From the NCBI GenBank assembly GCA_965287045.1, contig OZ336877.1, positions 48,298,001 through 48,362,000 of the forward strand: 64,000 nt of DNA, read 5' to 3'. Each line of letters begins with the position of its first letter. Position 1 is the stretch's first letter. The translations under genes were made by a program, and so were the position numbers. The stretch is from Carcharhinus amblyrhynchos (taxonomy: Eukaryota). Positions 24,340 through 37,645 of this stretch are shown here, in pieces. A model generated the notes under the pieces. The model was not told where the DNA came from, did not search any database, and saw only the letters and a program-made list of their open reading frames with translations.

Positions 24340-26435
24340 TTCCCATACCAGTTTCTGAGAAGCTGTTTAGTAGCATATTAGTAGACTATGCGGGACCTCA
24401 GGACGCCAGTGTATCCTTGCTATTGTGGACGTGACAAATCTATTTCCAAAGGCTATCCCTTTAAGAGCAATTACAGCTTAGGTGTTGATAGAAAAGTTAA
24501 CCCAATTTTTTGGATTATCAGTAGTGATCAAATCAGACCAAGGTTCCAATTTTGATTAATTTTTTCAAAACCTAATGGGTAGTTTAGGTACAAAACAGTC
24601 CACAGCATACCATCCACAGACATTGAGCTTTGGGGCTGTATCATCAAATTCTGAACAATGATTATGGAGTATTGTCATGTAGTTCCCCATGGTTGGGTCA
24701 AAGACTGAACTTCTGCTTATTCGTTACCCAAGATTCACGAAATGAATTTACCACCTTTAGTCCTTTTGAATTAATTTCTGGACATAAGAGGTCCTCCTGA
24801 AGTTGATCAAACAAAAATCTTTAGGAGAGCGTTGAATCCTGTAGGTTAGATTGTGGTCCATGTCCTAGGAACAGCTTGCAGGTATCTGCAAAGTGGCTCA
24901 AGAACCTTGTAAAGTTGATCAAAGGTGAAGGAATGGGTGGATAGGTAAGCAGTGGCTCAGACATTGCCATTAGGGGATCAATTATTAATAGAATCCCTAC
25001 AGTACAAAAGGAGGCCATTTGGTCCATCATGTCAGTACCGACCACAATCCCACCCAGGCCCTATTCCCGTAACCCCATGTAATTACCCTACTAATCCCCT
25101 TGACACTAGGGTCAATTTAGCATAGCCAATCAACTTAACCTGAACATCTTTGGACTGTGGGAGGAAACCCATGCAGACACAAGGAGAATGTGCAAACTCT
25201 ACACAGACAGTGAACCAGGAAACCTGGCGCTGTGAGGCAGCAGTGCTGACCACTGTGCCACCGTGCTGACCCATGATATTGTCTTTACAGAGGGAACCTC
25301 TGAAAGCGGTTCAGAGGTCCATACAAGGTAATTAAGAGAGTTGATACAGCAAGTTATTTGATAGACATGCCAGATTGCAGGAAAGAAATTGGCTGTGTCA
25401 CATCAATATGTTAAAACAATACCATCGAAGGGAGGAAGATGAGGAGCAAGCCTGTCAGGTAAAGCACAGTAGATGAGTGGCGAAATTCACAAATTGTACC
25501 TCCTGCAGTCTGGTTCGCTGACACTAAAATGTTAAAGTTCAACACCATATGTTCATGCTTGGAGACCCTATTGAAACAATTACAGTTAGCAGATTTAGTA
25601 ATATCTCTTGCCAAGAGTGAGTTTGTGAAAGCATAAGTAACTTATCTAGTATATATTGTAGGGCAGGGGCAAGTATATGGCCAAGCACAGCAACTGATGG
25701 AATTCCTTGTCCCTAAAACTAAATGTGAAATCCTACTTTTTTAATGAATGTGCAGCTTCTATTCTAAGTTTGTGCCGATCTTCAGAATTAAAGCTGCCCC
25801 ACTAATGGATTTATTGTAAAAGAAAGTCAAAGTGGTATGATGGAGAGTGCCAGGCAGCTTTTGAGAAGCTGAAGGTGAACTTGACTAGCGGATTGGAGTT
25901 AGCTGCCCCTGATTTCAATAAACCAAGGTGGAAGTCGATGATGGTGGCTGAGAGGTGAGTGCAGTCTTATTATAAGAAAATGAATCTGGCTTAGAGAAGC
26001 TAATGGGGTAAAAATTAAATAGTCACCAAATGATGGTAGAAAAGGAAACCTTGGACTGTTACTTGCTCTTAAACAGTTTGAAGCATTTATCTGTCATGGC
26101 TGTAAAGAAACATGACTACATACAACCATATTCCCATGGCCTTTTTGAAAAATTGAAGACTCACAATGATAGTGTTCTAAAGGAACTTGGTGATAGTCTT
26201 ATAACATGGAACATTCATATTGCTGGAAAGGACAATATAATTCTTGATACATTATCAAGAATGTATTTTCTATGAACTTATCTGGAAATTGAGAGAGTCA
26301 AGAGAAAACAAGTTCTGTGTAAAGGAATGGATGACTGAGTGTTGGTGTTTTGTTATATATTGTGAATACCATGTACACGCTGAAATGAAATGCATTTGGA
26401 AATGATGCTTCATTCCTTGAGGGTGGAAGTGTTGC
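24340..26435 (+). mobile_element. Decayed Gmr1-like Gypsy element (integrase upstream of RT-RNaseH), ending in a polypurine tract
   Basis: Integrase remnants ILVDYAGP, FPKAIPLRAITA, IKSDQGSNF, FSPFELI.GH, GPYKVIKRV, LCHINMLKQYH (24360-25430), then RT/RH remnants LAKSEFVKA.VTYL, CQAAFEKLK, LAAPDFNKP, VEKETL, HIAGKDNIILDTLSR (25570-26262); gagggtggaag|TGT near 26420. Confidence 0.75.
24987..25268 (-). mobile_element. HE1-type V-SINE nested in the Gmr1-like element
   Basis: atagaatccctacagtacaaaaggaggccatt...tgtgaggcagcagtgctgaccactgtgccaccgtgc. Confidence 0.9.
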
Positions 26436-28142
26436 AAAAATCATATTTTTCAAAATTATGGGTGCAATCATTGCAGCCCACCGCACCAGTCAATCATTGG
26501 GGCGAGCCACTTGAATGAGAAGTTGGGATTGGTGATATGGTTCACAATAGTGTCCAGTGCCTCTGTCAGTTTCTGTGCAAGTTTCTAGATACTGTAGTCT
26601 TACCTGGCATGAATGGCAGCATCAGGGATGTTTGTATCAGTCCCAGCTGATGGAGAGGTATTAAGACCCATCACCACATCCAAGAATGATAGCCACTTGT
26701 TTCTGAGTGCGTAAGGCCTGCATTTTTTTTGGTGTTAGCAGTGTCCTGGCTAATAACAGCAGGAATATCCTCCTAGGTGGGCACTCCAACCCAGAACCCA
26801 GCACAAACATCATGGCTGGAATATATTTCTTGGTGCCCTCCTCTTGATGAATGCTTCTGTGACTTTTCCAGCCAGCCCAAACAAATGCCTGCGCCTCAGA
26901 GGGAGGGGAACAATGGCTTGTGTGGTTTGAAAGTGGAGCCTGTAGGAGCACTCCTGCTTCTACTTCCATGTTCAGGTAAGTATATTTTAAACAGTGGTTG
27001 GGTGCAGTCTACAGCAATCCCTTTTAAGGAACACATGTTGGGCTGCATGTTTCTGAAAACAGCTGATGCGCTATTTCAGAAGGGATCTGAAACCTGCATG
27101 GGGTCCCTTATTTAAATGTGAGAAAGAGTATATAATATCTGTTTCAGTTGACGTTTGGGATGCCTTTTCTTTTTTGCTTTAATATGACAGATGGTGCATT
27201 TCAGGCTCATATCAAGTATGTGCTTCCCTCCTGCCATACTGGAGGCTTAAGCACCTGTTTAGCACCCAAGGAACAGAAGTGTGCCATTCAGTTTTGAGGC
27301 ACATGTTTTCCTTTACTGTCATTGCTGCCTTACTCAAAAGGTTTGACTTTAACCGCGCCAGCCATCTACTCTTCCACTGTAATGTTTTCTAGGCTTTTCC
27401 AATTGTATTTTCATTAGCACTCTCCTAGCAACTAACATGCCTGCTAGTACCAAGCTTGTTGATCTATTTAAAAACAGAAAAGAAAGTGTCAGCATTACAA
27501 TAACAGTGGATTGATGTATTCAATGGTTAACGTGGTACTTTGTTTTTGTGAATCATTAAGGCAAAAGAGGTGCTTGATCTGGCAGGTTTTACTGCATTGT
27601 GACTAATCATAGTATTAGGATTAACAGATGTCTGTTTGTGCACACCAGATGAGTTCTAGCAGTGTTGTACAAAAGGACAAATTTGAGCTTAGCACATTAC
27701 ATTTACCAACTTCAAGTTTGCTAGCGAGAGTGCATTATACTTATTTTGAATTTTCATAATTGTATAAGAACAACCTGATTTTGTCCCCCCCACCGCCAAA
27801 TTTCTCCATTTTAAATTTGCATCCTGATTATAGAAAATTGCTACCCATTTGCATTGCAGTTTTCAAAGTAAGTAACCGTGTTATCTGAAACTAATGTGGC
27901 TGCAGACTTTACAGTGATGGCTTGCTCTCCTCTGCAACCTTGGCAGCAGATCAGTGAAACTCCACAAGAAATAGGGTTCGCAGCTATTCTTTACTTTCTA
28001 AACTCCGCTGTCTTTCCAACTCTTTTCCTCTAAGGTCACCCTTAAAACACAACATTTCAATTAACGTTTTTGTCACCTTCCTAATAACTCCTGCTTTGGC
28101 CCACCATCCATTTTGTCAGAATTGTATATCTTCGAACATTTA

Positions 28143-28460
28143 AAGGCCATAAGACCTAAGGGCAGAAGTAGGCCATTCAGCCCATCAAGCCTGCTCCACC
28201 ATTCAATGAGATCACAACTAATTTCATAATCCTTAACTCCACTTTCTTGTCTTATCCTAATAACCCTTGATTCCCTTCCTGATTAAAAATCTGTCAATCT
28301 CAGCCTTGAATGTTTTTAGCCACCCAACCTCTACAGCCCTTTGCAGTAAAGAATTCTGCAGATTCGTTACTGTCTGATGGGAGAAATTCCTCCTCATCTC
28401 TGTCTTAAATGGGTGACCCCCTTTTGAGATTATGCGTTCTTGTCCTGGGCTCTCCCACAG
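28143..28460 (-). mobile_element. CR1 3' end
   Basis: ORF 28257-28472 ...FKTEMRRNFS...LQNSLLQRAVEV..LKTFKAEIDRFLIRKGIKGY. Confidence 0.85.
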
Positions 28461-28479
28461 TGGGCCACCCACTCCAGAA

Positions 28480-29670
28480 CTCGTGGATCAAAATGTCTTA
28501 CTGAAATTGAAATCAGTGAGAGGCTAGGGGAAAATGTTCCCCTGGTTGGAACCATATCTAGCACTAAGAAAAGTGATTGTGGTTGTTGGAGGCCAATTTT
28601 TGCTCCGGAACATTGATGCATGAGTTCCTCAGACTCGGCTATCTTCACCTGCTGCTTCAATGACAGTCCCCCCTGTCATTTGATTGGAAGTGGGGATGTT
28701 CGTTGTATGCAGTGTTAAGTACTAATTGCAACTCCTCAGATACTGAAATGGTTTGTGGTCAGCCTTGCAACAAGACCTGGAAAACATACAGACGTAGGCC
28801 TGGTAAGTGGTAGGTAACATTTTACCCACAAGTGCTAGCCAATGACTATCCCCAAGAAATGAGAATCTTTCTCTTTCTCCCTGTTGTTCAATGTTAATAT
28901 TTTTGCATCACCCTCCATAAACACCCTAGGATTATCATTGGCCAGAAATGTAACTGAACCAGGCATACATACATACAGTATATATGTGGCTACAAAAGCA
29001 GGCCAGAAGCTAGGAATTCTTGAGGCAAGTAACTCACCACCTGATTCTCCAAAGCTTGTCCAGTACCTGCAAGTCTTACATAGGTGAATGCACCTTCAGC
29101 AACACTCAAGAAGCTTGACACTATCCAGATCAGAGCAGTCCCCTTGATCACCCTATCTACCACGTTACACATTCACTTCCTCCAGCATTTGCACACACTG
29201 GCGGTGCACTGCAGCAACTTGCCAGAGCTCCTTTGACAGCATCTTCCAAAGTCATGTACTACCTAGAATAATAAGTAAGAAGTCTCACAACACCAGGTTA
29301 AAGTCCACCAGATTTATTTGGTAGCATGAGCTTTTGGAGCGTTGCCCCTTCATCATCCACCTAATCGCTTATTACACCTACCCCAATTCAATGCCAGCAT
29401 CTCCACATCATAGAATAATGAGGGAAGCCAACAGGTGGAAACACTGTCAGTTGCATGTTTCCCTCCAAGTCACAAACCATGCTGACTTGGAATTGTATTA
29501 GCATTCCTTCATTGTTGCTAGCTCAAATCCTGGAACTTTCTCTGGAACAGCACTGTGGGCTCACCTGCACCAGATGGTCTGCATTGGTTCAAAAAGGCAG
29601 CTCTTCACTGTTTCTTGAGAACAGTTATGGGCCCTGCCAGTGACTCTAGCATTGCATGATCAGACAAAAA
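28480..29670 (+). mobile_element. Decayed LINE of a second CR1/L2-group family
   Basis: ggttgttggaggccaat...gagttcctcag, gaagtggggatgttcg, KAGQKLGIL, aacactcaagaagcttgacactatccag; tail ttcaaaaaggcagctc...ttcttgagaacagtta. Confidence 0.7.
29273..29410. mobile_element. Miniature Penelope-like inverted pLTR remnant with 9-bp TSD
   Basis: gtaagaagtctcacaacaccaggttaaagtcc resembles the pLTR at 44219; TAGAATAAT at 29264-29272 and 29411-29419. Confidence 0.75.
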
Positions 29671-32527
29671 GTTTCTCTCCATATCAATGTCATAGAAATT
29701 TTGAAATATATATTCCTTACACTAGTCTTGTCTTAAATCTAATCAGTGGTTAATATTATAGTAATTAACACATGAATAAATTGTTTTAATTGTGAGTGGA
29801 ACACTGTACATTCTGGATGAAGTCTGTTAGAAGTGATAATTTGAAAATCTTCTGAATGCAAACCTAACAGACAAATCATCGATTTTAATGGGATTAGTTA
29901 TGCTTTGAAATCCAAACCTAGAAAATCTTCTGTCTGTATTTCTGAAGACTGCATTTGTGTCACCTTTGTAAGTGTTACAGAAATTTATTTGTGCAATAAG
30001 TCCCACTAATGTCGAATGGAATGTAAACAAAGCATTTTGCATAACAGATCTAGAAAATGGATACAGGCCTCCTATTGAATACTCAACAAGAATTTTGCAA
30101 GAAGCATTGAAGTACATGATAGTTTTATAATATGAATTCTGCTGTGGATTAGATCAATTATTCCAAATTGCAGTGAATGTAATGAACCTGTGGCTGGCAT
30201 TTAATGAACTACATTAAATTTAATTTGAGAAGCTTGATGAATTATTCATTTAAAAATCATCAAGTAAAGGTCGTGTTTGCTGGAGATGTACTAGGTTTGA
30301 AATTACTAGTATAATTATTGAAATTGATAGCTCATATTTCAGATGATGTCTCATGACTCCATGTTGATAATTTTCAAGTCCTTAAACTCTTCCACCACAC
30401 CTTTTTATTGTTGCATCAGTTTGGTTCTATTTCTTAACTTGATGTACAAGCTAGATTTGAAGAAATTAGCTGAATACATAGTCGTTACTTGTGAACAGAA
30501 TTAGAGAGTTATAAATAGAAGAAAAGGCCAATGTGCCCAACAAACCTGTGGAGTGTTTTGACCAAACAATCTGCTGACCTGCCTGTTCATCCTGTCCCTC
30601 TTTACCTTGCCATTCCTGTAAGAGATTTGAAATAGGGAGCTGTATAAAATGGTAAGTGTAAAATATTGAAGGATGCAAAAAAGCCTTGGATTTGAAACTA
30701 AAATTACAAAATTGGGCCAGGTTAAAAAACCGATTTCGGTTAATCTTAGCCTCTTGCTCTCACTGTCCCATCACAGTTATTTGTATGTGTGCACTCAGCT
30801 GTGCTTCCTTCCATTTTAAAGTTAATTGAAATAGAAATGCATATAAACACCAGAGTCAGAAATGTGGCTGCATTATGCTCATTTTTTAACATATTTGTAC
30901 TCCTGAATGTAGAGCACTTCTTTTCCTGTCCCCTTAATCTGCTGTCAGACACTTCCCAATCTATTTCTTTCCCCTTTCTGAGTCTGACGCTTCAAACTCG
31001 TGTAGGATTTTCTGCAATGGCAGCAGCTGTCTGATTTTCTCTTGTACTTTGTCGCTGAGCTACAGACATTAAAATGAAGCCTGAAGTCTAATATTGTTTG
31101 CATTGAAAGCCTCAACATTTAGGCACTATGATGGTTTCCCACAGCCAAAAAAGGCATGCTTGAGTTTCTAGTCTTGGCGTTCTCAGCTCATCAATAGTGA
31201 ATGGCAGGATATGGGTAATGGATGGGCCTGCACTCGGAAATCCTCCAGGCATGCAAATAATTTTTTTTGCAGCAAAGCGCTGTGCAGGTACATCTGTTAT
31301 GACACAGTGCCTCTCAGATGTGTCTGCTGGACACTAAGGAAGCAAAATGTGGGTCAGTGTATTCTCTTTTGTCCTTGGGCCAGATGCTTGTGAAGCATGA
31401 AAACCTTTATTTTAGGCATAACCTTTAACGTACAATCTATTAAATTTAAGTTGGGATGTGCAACACAACCTGCCCACGGGGCACCACATGCAATGTATCT
31501 TTCCAACTCTATTGATTCAGCCCTCGAGTCAGGTTCACTGGTAAGTGGTTACCATCTGAGGTCCCAGGATACAGTTAGCACTGATGCAGCTTGTCTACCA
31601 ATCCCCTCTCACAGCATAGCTTTCCAGAATTCCTTTGCATTTGACTAGTTAATACCACCAGGTTCTATGACACAAACTTTAAGCTCTTTGACATCTGTTC
31701 ACAGCACTACTTAAGATTCATTCTCTTTTAGCTTGTGCAGTTCTTTTGTGCTAGCTGAGGAGTGGCCTATGACTGTCTATTCTTGCGCTCACACATCTTT
31801 GCCTTGGAGAGCAAAACCTCAGGATGGTAACAGCAACCCTGCGGTTTTGACCATGATCACCACCACTACATGCTGGATCTCCCAGGGCCCGCTGAAGTGC
31901 TCAAATAATCTCCAACATGATGGGTGAAGAATGTTGAGGCCATGAAGCTGGCCACTGTTGGTCCAGGCACCTGTGGCCAGGAAGAGCTCATCATCCTGAC
32001 AACATTTTGTTCAGGACCACTGACCCCTGGCTTGCTAATGGTCAATAGACTGTTGTCAGCCTATTGTGGTCAACTCCAGGGGTATGACTGGAGTCCAGCT
32101 CGGAGTGAACTCACTGAGTGGGAATGCGATCTTGGTTCATCATAGACCAATTTGAACAAATAAAGCCTGTTCCCTTTGCAAAGAACCAATGTCCTTTGCT
32201 ACATCACTCAAAATATAGAAAGTTTATTTACATTGTGCTTTGTTTATTTTTGGCTTATTAATTGTGTATTTCATGTTTAGCAGAGATGAAAATCTTGAGT
32301 TGGGAACTCATTTGCTATCACATACATTTTAATAGGAAAATTTCTTTGATGTATGTAGTCTTGACTGATGTGGTTTCCAAGAATGTATCTACCGCTTAAA
32401 GTGGGATATTCTAGTACTCCAAATGAAATCTAACCTGAACTTGCTGTTGTACAACACACACTATTTTTAGCTTTCTTGAAATGAAAGCTTAAGTTCTTTT
32501 TTTCAAACTTTTAATTTTTTTTGGACC

Positions 32528-33480
32528 TGTTGTTATGACTGTGTGAGGAGAGGTGAAGGTTTATTTACCCTTGGTTCATTGCAACAAAGGTTTCTAAAAA
32601 TTTATTTTTCCTGTAGATACCTTTTAAAACCACATGCATTTACTTTAATAAGGAGTCAATCAAACAGGTTTTCCTGAGTCAAAGAGCAAGTTGCTTAGTT
32701 GCTAAACCTGAGAAAAGACACACTGAGACACATGCACAAAGTCCACATAAAAGTTTAAAACAAATACTGTTAAGCCCTTTGATTGTCCTTGTGGCATAGA
32801 TTGTTGAACGTTGTAGCTGCTTGAAGTTGACTGGTTTCCTGTAAAATCTTTGGATTTGAATTAAAGTTCAGATAATTGCACCTTGCTGGAATCAACTTTA
32901 GCTTCTTTCAGCAGTGCTTCCAGATGACTTTGACTTTCTGTCTGGGCAAAACCAGTTCTTAAACCTCCTGTTTGCATACTTTAAAAAAATTTTGATTAAC
33001 ATGTCTTGCAGTCATTGTTGATGAACTACTCATCATGTTTTTGATTTCTCATCTCAAACTTTGGACACATTTTAAGATTGTTGATATCACAGGAAATGGG
33101 GTTATTTCTTCCTTCACAGGGAGTTTTGAATTTTAGTTGAATACCTGTCTCGGTTGCTTTGACAGAATTACAGTTAAAGTTCAGCCCTTTGTATTTTGAT
33201 GTCCTCTTCAAGAGTCCCTTACGGAAGTGGACTTTTTCACCCCTCCATTTGAAATTCCATGAGCAGTAACACATCAGGGCATGTCTGCAGTGCAATCACA
33301 ACAGGAGTTTTCCAGAGAAGAGGTCCACTTAAGCCAGACATCAGGTGACTGATGGCAGTGATCTTTGGTCAGTGTCTTGTGTTTTTTTTAGAAACAGATC
33401 CTTTTTAAGCCATTTGATCTATTTTTGGTTAGTTGGTGAAGTTGTAGGTAGATCTGAGTTATAATTTCCTACTTGCATGA
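32528..33480. mobile_element. Possible decayed solo LTR
   Basis: Starts tgttgttatgac; LTR-like texture (catcaggtgactga); not verified. Confidence 0.3.
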
Positions 33481-33499
33481 TATAATCTGTTAACTTTGA

Positions 33500-33750
33500 G
33501 ATTTCTGTACATGAAACCACTGAGATCTCTGATCTTTCCTATTCCTAGCTAATCACTATTTAGACAACACTGCAGTGCATCTTTCATGGGTCCAGAATGA
33601 ATGGCCTCACACTTCCACTCATTGAACTCCATGCAGTAGTTATAACTCACCTGTTTAATCTATCAATGACCTTTTCTGCTTCCTCTATGCTGTTTACTGT
33701 ACGATCTCATGTGGTGTTATCAGTAAACCTGGATATTGGTATTACTGTAT
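33500..33750 (-). mobile_element. Old CR1 fragment hosting younger insertions (continues at about 37130-37330)
   Basis: cacacttccactcattgaactccat and gtgttatcagtaaacc are reverse CR1 RT motifs; aaacgcattctggaggtcc (DxQNAF) at about 37227. Confidence 0.5.
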
Positions 33751-36720
33751 CATAAGAACATAAGAAATAGGAGCAGGAGTAGGCCATCTAGCCCTTCGAG
33801 CCTGCCCCGCCATTCAATAAGATCATGGCTGATCTGTCATGGCTCAGTTCCACTTTCCCGCCCTCTCCCCATAACCCTTAATCCCCTCTCTTATCAAAAA
33901 CCCATCCACCCGCGTCTTAAAAATATTTAGCGAGGCAGCCTCCACCACTTCAACAGGCAGAGAATTCCAGAGATTCAGCACCCTTTGAGTGAAGAAGTTC
34001 TTCCTCAACTCCGTTCTAAACCACCCCCCCCCCCCTTTATCTTGAGGCTGTGCCCCCTAGTCCTACTGTCCTTTCTGAGCGGGAAGAGTCTCTCCACCTC
34101 TATCCTATCCATCCCATTCATCATCTTATACGTCTCAATGAGATCTCCCCTCATCCTTCTAAACTCTAACGAGTACAAGCCTAGTTTATTCAGCCTCTTC
34201 TCATAGCTCAACCCCTTCAACTCCGGCATCAGCCTAGTAAACCTCCTCTGCACTCCCTCCAAGGCCAAAATATCCTTGTGCAAGTACGGCGCCCAAAACT
34301 GCACACAGTACTCCAGCTGCGGCCTCACCAATGCCCTATACAGCCGCAGCAAGACCTCCCTACTTTTATATTCAATCCCCTTCGCTATGAAGGCCAGCGT
34401 CCCATTCACCTTCCTGACCACCTGCTGCACCTGCAGGCTGGGTTTTTGCGACTCATGCACAAGGACCCCGAGGTCACTCTGCACCGTCGCCTGCTGCAGT
34501 TTTTCACCACGTAAGTAATAATCCTTCCTACCATTATTCCTACCAAAGTGGACAACTTCACACTTGCCAACATTAAATTCCATTTGCCAGTTCCTGGCCC
34601 ATTCGCCCAGCCTATCTAGACCCTTCTGCAGACTCTCCACACCCTCCACGCAATTTGTCGTTCCACCAATCTTGGTGTCATCAGCAAATTTCGACACCAT
34701 ACATTCGGTTCTCTCCTCCAGATCATCTGTATAAATGGTAAATAGCTGAGGCCCCAACACTGACCCCTAGGGCACTCCACTAGTCACCAACCGCCAATCC
34801 GAATAGCACCCATTGACCCCCACTCTCTGCCTCCTATTTGACAACCAATCCTCTATCCACGCTAACACCCTACCCCCAACTCCATGTCCCCTGACCTTCT
34901 GCAATAACCTCTTGTGAGGTACCTTGTCAAACGCCTTCTGAAAATCCAGAAAGACCACATCCACCGGCTCTCCTCTATCCACCGCCCTAGACACATCCTC
35001 ATAGAACTCCAGTAAATTCGTCAGACGCGACTTCCCCTTAACGAAACCGTGCTGCGTCTGCTCTATCAAGCAATTCCCCTCAAGATGCCTCGCTATTTCC
35101 TCCTTGATGACGGATTCTGACATTTTACTTACAACAGACGTTAAACTAACCGGCCTATAATTCCCCGCCTTTTGCCTGCCACCCTTCTTCAACAACGGCG
35201 TAACATTAGCCGTTTTCCAATCTTCTGGCACTTCCCCGGAATCCAGCGACGTTTGGAAAATAACCACCAAGGCATCCACTATCACCTCCGCCATTTCTTT
35301 CAGAACCCTCGGATGCATTCCATCCGGTCCTGGGGACTTGTCCACAATCAGTCCCTCCAGTCTGTCAAGCACCGCCTCTCTAGTAACAGTAATGTCATTG
35401 AGACCCTCCAGTCCTACCACCTTTCTATCTCTAACACCCGGCAAATTATTCACGTCCTCCTCCGTGAAGACCGAAACAAAAAAGTTATTCAAGACCTCAG
35501 CCATTTCCCCATCCCCTACCACTAAGTCCCCCTTCTCATCCTCTAAGGGTCCAACGTTCACCCTAGCCAGCCTCTTCCTTTTTATATATTTATAAAAACT
35601 CTTGCTATCCTTTTTTATATTAAGCGTTAGCCCAGCTTCATAGTTTCTCCTACCCTTCTTTATCAACGTCTTTGTCAATCTTTGTTGACATTTAAACCTC
35701 TCCCAATCCTCTTCTCGCCCACTACTCTTAGCTACTCTAAACGCCTCTGCTTTTAATTTAACACTTTCCTTCACCTCCTTCGTTATCCACGGCTTATTAC
35801 CTCTCCTCCTGCGGTCCTTTTTGACCATTGGAATAAATTTCTGCTGAGCACCAAGAAAGATCTCCTTAAAGATCCTCCACTGCTCCTCAGCAGACCTACC
35901 TTCCAACGCGCTCCCCCAGTCCACATTTGCCAATTCTTCTCTCATCCTACCGTACTCCCCTCTGTTCAAACAAGGGACCCGTGTCCGGGAACCCACTTTC
36001 TCCTCCTCCATCTGCACCAGAAACTCCACCATACAATGATCACTCTCCCCAAGAGGATCCTTCACCACAAGGTCCCTAATTCTACCCGCCTCATTACATA
36101 ACACCAGATCCAAGATAGCTCGCTCCCTCGTCGGCTCCAACACATACTGTTCAAGGAAACTATCCCGGCAGCATTCCAAGAACTCCTCCTCGAGCCCACC
36201 GCGTCCAACATGGGTCGACCAATCAATATGCAGATTGAAATCCCCCATAATTACTGCCGTCCTGTTCCTGCACGCCGCACTTATTTGTGCGTTAACAGCC
36301 CGCCCCACCTCCAGATCATTATTCGGGGGCCTATAGACTACACCCACCAACGTCTTCCTCCCTTTGCTGTTCCTAATCTCCACCCACAACGATTCCACTT
36401 TATGCTCTTTGGTTCCAATATCATCCCTTGCTACCACCCTAATGCTATCCTTAATCAGCAAAGCTACGCTCCCCCCTTGTTCCTCCCACCTATCCTTCCT
36501 AAACACTTGATACCCCTGGACATTCAGCTCCCAGTCCCTGTCACCTTGCAGCCACGTCTCTAATGGCCACCAGATCATATCCATTTGTGCTGATCTGCGC
36601 CACCAGCTCATCCACTTTATTCCGAATGCTTCGTGCATTCAGATAAAGTGCCTCCATCCCAGCCTTCACTATCCAATCATTTATAAATACATTACAGATC
36701 CCTGGACGACACATCCTGTC
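33751..36720 (-). mobile_element. Young CR1 LINE with entire ORF2 (APE endonuclease + RT) and 3' tail, three disabling lesions
   Basis: ORFs 34767-36638 (623 aa; ETW, YRPP, MGDFN, SDH, KSPGPDG, NYRPVSLTS, FLDFQKAFDKV) and 34005-34760 (FADDTK); 3' microsatellite (ttcttatg)n; CpG-rich. Confidence 0.97.
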
Positions 36721-36736
36721 GATTTGAGAAAATACC

Positions 36737-37128
36737 TGGAGTTTAGGAGAATGAGAGATCAGGTTGAGGTGTATAAGATAAGGGGGATTGACAAAGTAGA
36801 CATGAAGATGATGTTTCCTCTTGTGGGACAGTCTTGAACAAGAGGTTGTAGTTTTAAGAAAAGGGCTGGCAGAATTAAAATAGGAATTGCTTCCCTCAAA
36901 GGGTCGTGAGTCTGTGGAATTTACTATCCCAGAGCATGGTGGACGCTGGAACGCTGAGTTAACTTAAGGAAGAAGTGGGCAGATTTTTAATTTGTAAGGG
37001 TTTGAAGGGCTGTGGTGAACGGGCAAGAAAGTGGAGTTGAGACTGAGATGAGATCAGCCATGATCATATTAAATGGAAGAACAGGCGCAAGGAGCTAAAT
37101 TGACTACTCCTGCTCCTAGTTCTTATGT
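36737..37128 (+). mobile_element. CR1 3' end
   Basis: tggagtttaggagaatgaga...ctgtggaatttact...actcctgctcctagttcttatgt. Confidence 0.85.
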
Positions 37129-37339
37129 ACCTGTACTTATTTTATCCCTACACTTGTTTCCTATCTCCAAACCAATTCCATATCTGTCAATTTTGCACAT
37201 TCTCGGAGTCTGTTGTGAAATGTATTAAACGCATTCTGGAGGTCCTAGCATAAATGTCCATTTGCCTCCCTCTTTAATTAATCTCAAAAATAATCCTTCA
37301 CAAATCCATAGTGGCTGTTTCTGTTCAGCTCTCCAGGTG

Positions 37340-37645
37340 CTCAGAACAAGTGGAATAATCTTAAAAATAGAGCTCAGGTGGTTAGGAGTGACATGAGAAA
37401 GCAGATTTCACACCAAAGTTAATGGAAATCTGGGATTGTTCTCTTTTCAAAAAAAAACAAGCTAACATTCAACTTTCCAATTTACAGGAATAATCAAAAT
37501 TTTTGAGATTGTTACTGACAGATAAAGGATCAAGGAATTTTGGGAAAAATTGCAAGTGAATGCAGTTCAGGTGCAGATTAACCATGATTTAAATGAATGG
37601 TGGAACAGAACAAAGGAGCTGAATGATCTACTCCAGTACTTATGC
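37340..37645 (+). mobile_element. Decayed CR1 3' end
   Basis: agaacaagtggaataatcttaaaaataga...ccatgatttaaatgaatggtggaacag...gctgaatgatctactcc. Confidence 0.6.

Noticed and set aside
26460-27260. Possible decayed DNA-transposon (Harbinger-like) segments, also 8560-8900, 31090-32150, 47900-48575 and 62240-63200
   Set aside because: Repeat-like texture, but no convincing TIR pair, TSD or transposase motif could be established by eye.
34767-36638. 623-aa ORF (also the 462-, 434- and 365-aa ORFs) as host genes or a prokaryotic RT system such as a retron, DGR or group II intron
   Set aside because: All are CR1 LINE ORF2 with APE/RT motifs, CR1 tails, stops and frameshifts, inside vertebrate introns.
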